Part shown: piece by piece, positions 27,886 through 34,771 of the stretch
How positions within the stretch are numbered: the first letter of the stretch is position 1
How the letters are laid out: each line of letters starts with the position of its first letter
NCBI GenBank assembly: GCA_009785175.1
Contig: WQWV01000001.1
Coordinates: forward strand, 1-58,962
Direction: 5' to 3'
DNA length: 58,962 bases
Origin: Alphaproteobacteria bacterium
GTDB lineage: Bacteria > Pseudomonadota > Alphaproteobacteria > Rs-D84 > CACZYB01
The notes under the pieces: generated by a model
What the model saw: the letters and a program-made list of their open reading frames with translations, nothing else
Databases searched by the model: none
Told to the model about the DNA's origin: nothing
Made by a program: the position numbers and the translations under genes

Positions 27886-28887
27886 ATGGAAGAAATTATT
27901 TTCCCCAATAAAATACGAATCCTTCGCAAAATGGCCGGCAAATCTATGCAGGAGCTTGCGGACAAACTCGACGTATCGCTTTCTGCGATTTCGAAAATCG
28001 AGAAGGGATATCGCAAGATTAATCAAGAGCAGATGATGGTCGTCTCGGACTTCCTCGGCTGCTCGTTGAATGATATTTTCATATCCGAGGACAAGGACGA
28101 CGAAACGATCTTGAACGCCTGGAAACAGGAAATCGACCGCCGCGTCGACTTGAACGAAAACAAGGGGCTCAAGATCTTCGGCGCCGGCCTAAGGTATATC
28201 CGCTCGGGCAAAAACCTTACGCTTATGGATGTGGCCGAGGCGACCGGCCTGACGCTTTCCATCTACCACCGTATCGAAATCGGTCAGCGCGAAGTCTACG
28301 AGGACGAGCTTGCGGATATCAGCAAGGCGCTCGGCATGAGCTCAAAGGAATTGCTTGGCAAAATCTTCGACCTCAAGAAGAATGGCACGCTTGATAACAT
28401 CATCAACGCCGAAAAACCTGCGGAATCGTCGATCACGAAGCTATCCGACATCATCAAAACGACCGAGTCGGTATACACTCCCGGCGGAGTAGTCAAGTTC
28501 CACAAAGTTCTTTTGCACAGCAAGTCGCTTGAAAACGGCAATATCCTTGTCGACAAAGAAGCGCGCGATAGCTATACGATTTTCCCGATCACCGCGGACA
28601 AGCCCGAAGGTGTCTACGCCGTCGAGCTTTCAAGCCGCCGCCTTGGCACGATCTTGCCCATGCGCTCGATTCTCTTCGTCGATCCGGCACAGCAGGTGCG
28701 CTCGGGCGACCTTGCGGCTCAAATCGTGAAACAAAACGATTCGTCTATGGAAATCAAGCTTATCAGCCTCCGCGAAGACGTCGACGGCAAGTTCTATGCC
28801 GTGTCGTATAACCCGGACGAAAAAGCACCTATCTCCGACGCCGCCATAGCCAAGCTCCACAAGATTGTCCTCGTATCGATGAACTGA
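27886..28887 (+). CDS. XRE-family regulator with two HTH domains and a degenerate S24/LexA-like C-terminal domain
   Basis: ATG at 27886 after AAGGAGA. There are two HTH_3-like segments (IRILRKMAGKSMQELADKLDVS..., LRYIRSGKNLTLMDVAEATGLT...). The C-terminal beta-rich domain resembles the CI/LexA fold but lacks a clear GDSM Ser. Confidence 0.7.
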   Translation: MEEIIFPNKIRILRKMAGKSMQELADKLDVSLSAISKIEKGYRKINQEQMMVVSDFLGCSLNDIFISEDKDDETILNAWKQEIDRRVDLNENKGLKIFGAGLRYIRSGKNLTLMDVAEATGLTLSIYHRIEIGQREVYEDELADISKALGMSSKELLGKIFDLKKNGTLDNIINAEKPAESSITKLSDIIKTTESVYTPGGVVKFHKVLLHSKSLENGNILVDKEARDSYTIFPITADKPEGVYAVELSSRRLGTILPMRSILFVDPAQQVRSGDLAAQIVKQNDSSMEIKLISLREDVDGKFYAVSYNPDEKAPISDAAIAKLHKIVLVSMN

Positions 28888-28912
28888 TCGACACTGGACT
28901 AAGGAGGGGACA

Positions 28913-29689
28913 GTGAGCGACGAGCCGAAACGGAAAATAACATTTGCTGAACAGCAAAAGCACGACAACGACCTCAAGGTCGCGCGGCTTCAGCTTAACA
29001 TTTTCCGCCAGCTCCACGCGATCGACACCCCTCTTGCCGACCTTAACGCCGACTGGCGCGCGCTTGATAACGACGTGGTAGACGCGCTCAACGAGCTCCC
29101 CGGCGGCGCGAAACTATATCAGCATATAAGGAATATGCAGGAGGGCAAAACCGCTTCGGATAAAATCGACGAGGATCTCTTGGCTTTCGGCCGCGAAGTT
29201 TTTACGGATCAGAACAAGTTCAAACGCTATACCAAAACGGACGACCAAATCGAAAAGGAAAAACAGGCGGAAGAGGCGAAAAGCAAATCCGCCGATCCCC
29301 TTCCGACATTCGAGAAAAAGGCCGAAACCGACGATTCCCAATACGCGGATATCTACGCCGCGATCCGCTCGTATTCCAATACTACGAAAGGGCTGCTGGA
29401 GTTCAAGGAAAAGGCCGCCCGCTTCGGCGATAATTGGCGCAGCGAGATCGACACGATTCTTGCTCTTCGCGAAACCGACGACGCCGGCGAGCTTATCGAC
29501 ACGTTCAATAATTTGAAGACCTATGACACCGCGGTTTCCCTTTGGAACGAGGCGGCGGGAATATTGGAAAACCCGACCGCACCCGGCATTGCGGCGATAC
29601 AGGCCAAGATCAAGGAATACAAAACCTATCTCCCGATGTTCGGCGCCTCCGGACACGAGCTTTTGGAAAAACTGAAGGAGCTTAAATAA
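28913..29689 (+). CDS. hypothetical charged helical protein (paralogous C-terminal module shared with next gene)
   Basis: GTG start after AAGGAGGGG. 258 aa with no signal peptide. It ends YLPMFGASGHELLEKLKELK. Confidence 0.55.
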   Translation: MSDEPKRKITFAEQQKHDNDLKVARLQLNIFRQLHAIDTPLADLNADWRALDNDVVDALNELPGGAKLYQHIRNMQEGKTASDKIDEDLLAFGREVFTDQNKFKRYTKTDDQIEKEKQAEEAKSKSADPLPTFEKKAETDDSQYADIYAAIRSYSNTTKGLLEFKEKAARFGDNWRSEIDTILALRETDDAGELIDTFNNLKTYDTAVSLWNEAAGILENPTAPGIAAIQAKIKEYKTYLPMFGASGHELLEKLKELK

Positions 29690-30645
29690 TGAGCGGCCTC
29701 TTCTCGATATTCAAAAAAAAGAATCCCCTCGACGCGACATACGCGGCGCTACTCTCGTTCAAGGGAAACATGGCCACGCTTGGCAAATTAAAAGATGCCG
29801 CTATGCCGATGTTCGGCACCGATTGGGCGCCCGCGCTTGAAACATACATAGCGACCACCACTCCGCCCGATGCCGCCAAACTTATGGCCCAGCTTGAAAA
29901 AGCGCGCGAATACGACAAGGGCCAGACGCTATGGCGCGGTGCGCAAATGCTATTGAACGGCTCGGCACTTCCGATAAATATTGAATCTCAGATGGAGGAT
30001 TTCGAACAATACCTCCCGCTTTTCGGCCCCGACGGCGAAGTGCTGCTTGAAAAACTTAAACTCAAATTCCCGCACCCCGCATCCATAGGCGAACCCAATA
30101 TCCTAAGGAAGGTCGACCTTGCTCCAACTCCACGTCCTCAAAAATCCAACTCGAAGGAGCCTGTGTCCGAATATCCTAAAACGCTCGAGATCAACGAGGA
30201 CGTGATGACCGACTGGGACATACAAAACTTCCTCTATTTGCTCGAGTTCCTGAACCTGGCGAAGCACATCATGCCGATGATAGTCGCGAACGGCGCCGCC
30301 GACAGCCTCGAGGACTATCCCGGATACAACCTCATACTCGACACCTACGACGCGGCCATAGCCAAGGGCGAGAAGCTTTTCGACAAGCCCGAGCAATTAT
30401 TGAACCTAAACTTCGAGCATGGCGCCAAAACGCTGCGTGAAATCCTCGAAACACTTAACGCCGAGCGCGACAACGAGGTCCGCGTCATACCCAAATCTCC
30501 CGAACCGCAAGCCGCCCGCCATGTCCCCTTCCTCGACCTTGACGACGAAGGGGAAGAGGAGGCCGGACCCGCCAAAAAATCGGCCGCCCGCACCCGCAAA
30601 AATTCCTTGCCAGCCAAAAAAAGAAAGGCTAGGATTGAGGCATGA
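29689..30645 (+). CDS. hypothetical protein with repeated P-[ML]-F-G module and Lys/Arg-rich tail
   Basis: TAATG overlap with the upstream gene. Contains AMPMFGTDWAPAL and YLPLFGPDGEVLLEKLKLKF, and the C-terminus is KKSAARTRKNSLPAKKRKARIEA. Confidence 0.55.
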   Translation: MSGLFSIFKKKNPLDATYAALLSFKGNMATLGKLKDAAMPMFGTDWAPALETYIATTTPPDAAKLMAQLEKAREYDKGQTLWRGAQMLLNGSALPINIESQMEDFEQYLPLFGPDGEVLLEKLKLKFPHPASIGEPNILRKVDLAPTPRPQKSNSKEPVSEYPKTLEINEDVMTDWDIQNFLYLLEFLNLAKHIMPMIVANGAADSLEDYPGYNLILDTYDAAIAKGEKLFDKPEQLLNLNFEHGAKTLREILETLNAERDNEVRVIPKSPEPQAARHVPFLDLDDEGEEEAGPAKKSAARTRKNSLPAKKRKARIEA

Positions 30646-31943
30646 GGATTATCGCCACATTATTGATACTAGCGATCGCCGCCTGCCACGGGTCAAGACA
30701 CCCCCGGCGCGACGGCGTGATCATCGACGATACCCCGATCGAACAGACCTCGCAGGCCTTGGCCGTCCCGATAACCCCGCGTGCGGCTATGACTACGCTC
30801 AAGAACGTGCACGAATTCAGCCTCGAGTTCGACAAGCGCTGCTCGGTCGATTGGGAATCCCAAACGATCATATCGAAACAGCCGTTCGACCGCGATACGT
30901 TCAAGCTTGACCGGGTCGACCGCGGCGACCGCCTTCCCGACATCGCAGTAAGGAATTTCTCGTTCAAGGATATGAATGTTTCCGGCGCGCTTGCCAAGGT
31001 GCTTGAAAATACGGAAATCCGCACTGCCACCGACCCGTCGATTCAAAAACGCATTTCTGCGGACGACCTCTCTGGCAACCTGCACACGGTTGTCGAACTT
31101 ATCTGCACCATGGCCGAAGTTTACTGCAGCTATGATTCAAGAAACAAGGTCATAACGGTCCGCAACAACACGAAGTTCATGCTCCACGTCCCGCTTTCCG
31201 ACGATATAATTTTGGCGGTCGAGGACGCGCTTAGGGGCTCTAACATCGACGACATTATCATTGATTGGAATTCCCGCCTCCTATTGTTCACCGGCAACGC
31301 TTATACGGAATCGGTAGTGCGCGAAGTTCTTATGCGCCTTGCCGTCGAGCGCCGACTTATCGCATACGACATCAATATCCTCCGCGTCTACCCGAACGAC
31401 CGCGACGGCATCAAGTGGCAAGAGATGGTCCAGGCGTTCAATAGGAACACGGTCAAGGTTTCCAAACGCGGCGTCATAGGCCGCGCGATGGTGATGACAT
31501 CGAACTTCTCGGCCGGATCCTTGGCCGAATTCCTAAAGCCGCGCGCGAATACGTTCCTTGTAAGTGCGGGTAATTTCATCGTGCCCGAACGCTGGAACGG
31601 CGCGTTCGACATCGGCCGCTGCAACCGCGAACCGACGCTTGAAACCGAACTTAGGATAGTGGCCTCGACCAAGCTCGACTTCTCGATCAACGATCACGGC
31701 GTGTTGATGACCGACATATTCCTTATGACGTCCGACAGGCGCGACATCGCCCGCTATTTCGTATCCTCGACCATCGGGGACAACATACTTATCATCGGCA
31801 TCCCGACGAAATACTTCGGCGACGACGAAGCCGCCAAAAGGAACATTCCCGACAACGCCGAGCTTGTGATATTGATAAGCCCGCGCATTATAAACATAGT
31901 AAGCCCCGATTCCGCCAACACCAATCCCATGCGGCCTAAATGA
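30642..31943 (+). CDS. outer-membrane lipoprotein with secretin-like organisation
   Basis: ATGA overlap upstream. Has a lipobox LAIAAC, N0/STN-like FSFKDMNVSGALAKVLENTEI, the secretin-domain-like stretch IAYDINILRVYPNDRDGIKW, and a terminal ELVILISPRIIN like secretin C-termini. Confidence 0.5.
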   Translation: MRIIATLLILAIAACHGSRHPRRDGVIIDDTPIEQTSQALAVPITPRAAMTTLKNVHEFSLEFDKRCSVDWESQTIISKQPFDRDTFKLDRVDRGDRLPDIAVRNFSFKDMNVSGALAKVLENTEIRTATDPSIQKRISADDLSGNLHTVVELICTMAEVYCSYDSRNKVITVRNNTKFMLHVPLSDDIILAVEDALRGSNIDDIIIDWNSRLLLFTGNAYTESVVREVLMRLAVERRLIAYDINILRVYPNDRDGIKWQEMVQAFNRNTVKVSKRGVIGRAMVMTSNFSAGSLAEFLKPRANTFLVSAGNFIVPERWNGAFDIGRCNREPTLETELRIVASTKLDFSINDHGVLMTDIFLMTSDRRDIARYFVSSTIGDNILIIGIPTKYFGDDEAAKRNIPDNAELVILISPRIINIVSPDSANTNPMRPK

Positions 31944-33181
31944 GCTTCGAATCCCTTTTCGCGCTAAGATACCTCAGGGCCAAAAAGGCGGACGGCTTCA
32001 TCTCGATCATCACGTGGCTCTCGCTTGTCGGCATAATGTTGGGCGTGGCGACGCTTATCATAGTAATGTCGGTGATGAACGGCTTCCGCGAAGAGATGAT
32101 GGCCAAGATCATGGGCCTCAACGGCCATATCATAGTTTACCCCCGCCCCGGCGAAACCAATATAAAAAATTACGCCACCATATCCGAACAAATCAAGGCG
32201 ACGTTGAAATCCGACCTTCCCTTCGCCCCGATTCCGGTAATTGACGAACAGGTCATGATAAGCGCGAACGGCGCCAGCGCGGGAATAGTCCTTCGCGGCA
32301 TAGCGCCATACGACATGGAAAACCTGGCACCTCTGGCAAATGGCATAGTCGAGTCAAGCAAAATTTCCGAAATCCGCGGAGTTATATTGGGCATAACGCT
32401 CGCCAACCGCCTTAACGTCATGATGGGGGACGAGGTATCGATCACCTCGGCCAACGGTAATCAAACCGCATTCGGCACCGTGCCACGAATAAAGGCGTTC
32501 GATGTCGGCGCTACATTCAAGTCTGGCATGTCGATTTACGATACCACTTTCGGGTTCATAGATTTTGAAACAGCGGCGGACTTCCTTGACATGGCGGGCG
32601 CAAGCAATATCGAGATATTCATCAACAGCCCCGACGACGCCCCGCGCGCCGCCGCGAAACTAAGGAAAGCCCTCCCCGGTTATCGCATCTATACATGGCA
32701 GGACCAGAACTCAAGCTTCGTGTCGGCATTAAACGTCGAGCGCAACGTGATGTTCATAATATTGACGTTGATTATAATAGTAGCCTCGTTCAACATAATT
32801 TCTTCGCTTGTAATGTTGGTAAGCGACAAATCGCGCGACATAGCAGTGCTGCGAACCCTCGGTGCGACAAAGAAATCCATCACGCGTATATTTATCATCT
32901 CGGGCGGCATAATCGGCTTCGGCGGCACGATATTGGGCTTGATCTTGGGCCTTCTGATAAGCTTCAACATCGAATGGGTAAGGCAATTATTCCAAGTCCT
33001 GACCGGCACGCCGCTTTTCCCCGAGGAGGTCTATTTTCTCTCGGAAATGCCAAGCAAGGTGCAGTTCTCCGAAGTATTCGCAGTTGCCGCAATGTCGCTT
33101 TTGATCTCCTTCATCGCCACGATTTATCCCGCGCGCAAAGCGGCCAAGGTCGCGCCGGCCAAGGTGTTGCGCTATGAATAA
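31940..33181 (+). CDS. lipoprotein-releasing system transmembrane subunit LolC/LolE
   Basis: 413 aa with a MacB/FtsX-type 4-TM topology and a LolCE-like N-terminus (FALRYLRAKK). ATGA overlap with the upstream gene. Confidence 0.88.
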   Translation: MSFESLFALRYLRAKKADGFISIITWLSLVGIMLGVATLIIVMSVMNGFREEMMAKIMGLNGHIIVYPRPGETNIKNYATISEQIKATLKSDLPFAPIPVIDEQVMISANGASAGIVLRGIAPYDMENLAPLANGIVESSKISEIRGVILGITLANRLNVMMGDEVSITSANGNQTAFGTVPRIKAFDVGATFKSGMSIYDTTFGFIDFETAADFLDMAGASNIEIFINSPDDAPRAAAKLRKALPGYRIYTWQDQNSSFVSALNVERNVMFIILTLIIIVASFNIISSLVMLVSDKSRDIAVLRTLGATKKSITRIFIISGGIIGFGGTILGLILGLLISFNIEWVRQLFQVLTGTPLFPEEVYFLSEMPSKVQFSEVFAVAAMSLLISFIATIYPARKAAKVAPAKVLRYE

Positions 33182-33854
33182 TCTTATCCTCAAAATCGAA
33201 GGGCTCACAAAGTCGTATGGCAAAGGCGAAGGAAAATCGGTCATACTTGAAAACACGACCCTTGAAATCGCCGCCGGCGAGTCGGTAGCGTTGGTTGCAC
33301 CAAGCGGCACAGGCAAATCGACGCTCCTTCACATAGCTGGATTGCTTGACGATTACGACAAGGGCGAGATAACAATCAACGCCGCCAAATGCGCTAAACT
33401 TTCGGACGAGAAGAAATCGCAAATCCGCCGCGACAACATCGGCTTCATATACCAAAGCCACAATTTGTTCGCCGACTTCACCGCGCTTGAAAACGTAGCC
33501 ATACCGCTTATGATGAGGGGCGCCAAGCGCGAAGACGCAGAGAAACAGGCGCTTGCCTTCCTTGATAAACTAGGGCTTAAACATCGCGCGAACGGCAAAG
33601 CCGGGGAATTATCCGGCGGCGAGGCGCAAAGGACGGCCATCGCCCGCGCGCTTATAAGCAAGCCGAAATTATTGTTGGCCGACGAACCGACCGGCAACCT
33701 CGATCCGGTAAATTCCCGCGCGGTTTTCGATCTGCTATTAAAACTCATTCACGAAGAGGGCATGAGCGCGATAATCGCCACGCACAACCCCGAACTTGCG
33801 AAATTGCTCGATCGAAAAATCACCATCAACGACAAACGGATTTCCGCCGCATGA
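33174..33854 (+). CDS. lolD: lipoprotein-releasing system ATP-binding protein
   Basis: Walker A PSGTGKST, signature LSGGEAQR and Walker B LLLADEPT. Overlaps lolC/E. Confidence 0.88.
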   Translation: MNNLILKIEGLTKSYGKGEGKSVILENTTLEIAAGESVALVAPSGTGKSTLLHIAGLLDDYDKGEITINAAKCAKLSDEKKSQIRRDNIGFIYQSHNLFADFTALENVAIPLMMRGAKREDAEKQALAFLDKLGLKHRANGKAGELSGGEAQRTAIARALISKPKLLLADEPTGNLDPVNSRAVFDLLLKLIHEEGMSAIIATHNPELAKLLDRKITINDKRISAA

Positions 33855-34771
33855 CCCGCTACCTCGGCATAGATTACGGGGGAAAACGCATAGGGATCGC
33901 AATTTCGGATTTCGATAACAAACTCGCCTTCGCGCACAAACAAATCGACGCCGCCGAGGGCAAAACCAAGCTCGCCAAAATCATAAACGAAAACGAAATA
34001 ACGCACATAGTCGTCGGCCTTCCGCTTCAAATGGACGGGTCGGAGGGCGAGTCCGCCGCCGCCGCGCGCAAATTCGCAACTACCCTACCCGCCTCCGCGC
34101 AAATAATCTTCCAAGACGAACGCCTGTCCTCAAGCGCCGCCGAAAAATCCCTTATCCGCGACTTCGATTTGTCCCGCGCGAAACGCAAAGACGTGCTTGA
34201 TAAACTCGCCGCGCAATCTATATTGCAAGCTTATCTTGATAAAATCGCCCGCGCCGAATACCTCGATATCCTTGATGAAAACGGCGCACCCACGGGCGAG
34301 AAAAAACTCCGCTCCGATGTCCACCGCGACGGCGATCTGCACAAGGCGGTCATAGCCGCGATAATAAACTCGAACGGCGAAATCCTTCTGCAAAAACGCG
34401 CTCGGCACAAGGACAAGTTCGCCGACCTCTGGGACATCTCGATTTCCGGCCACGTCCAGTCCGGCGCCACACCCGAGCAAGCGTTAATCAAAGAAGCGGC
34501 CGAAGAAATCGGCATAAAGATAACGCCCCGCGACCTGCACCCCATAGCGACTTTCCTCTCGAAAATTACGATCGGAGATATGAAGGAAAACGAGTTCCAC
34601 GACCTGTTCATGATACGCCTCGACCACCCGATATCCGCATATAGCCCGAAGGACGGAGAGGTCAGCGAAATCAAATTCGTAAACATAGCCGAACTCAAAA
34701 ACCTCGGGCAAAAAGGCGAGCTCACGCCCCGCACACAGTGGATAAAGCTAATCGAAGAGTTCCTACAATAA
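33851..34771 (+). CDS. fusion ORF: RuvX/YqgF putative pre-16S rRNA nuclease domain + Nudix hydrolase domain
   Basis: The N-terminal ~140 aa (MTRYLGIDYGGKRIGIAISD...VVGLPLQMDGSEG) are YqgF. The C-terminal ~165 aa carry a Nudix box GHVQSGATPEQALIKEAAEEIGI. It is one uninterrupted frame. Confidence 0.75.
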   Translation: MTRYLGIDYGGKRIGIAISDFDNKLAFAHKQIDAAEGKTKLAKIINENEITHIVVGLPLQMDGSEGESAAAARKFATTLPASAQIIFQDERLSSSAAEKSLIRDFDLSRAKRKDVLDKLAAQSILQAYLDKIARAEYLDILDENGAPTGEKKLRSDVHRDGDLHKAVIAAIINSNGEILLQKRARHKDKFADLWDISISGHVQSGATPEQALIKEAAEEIGIKITPRDLHPIATFLSKITIGDMKENEFHDLFMIRLDHPISAYSPKDGEVSEIKFVNIAELKNLGQKGELTPRTQWIKLIEEFLQ

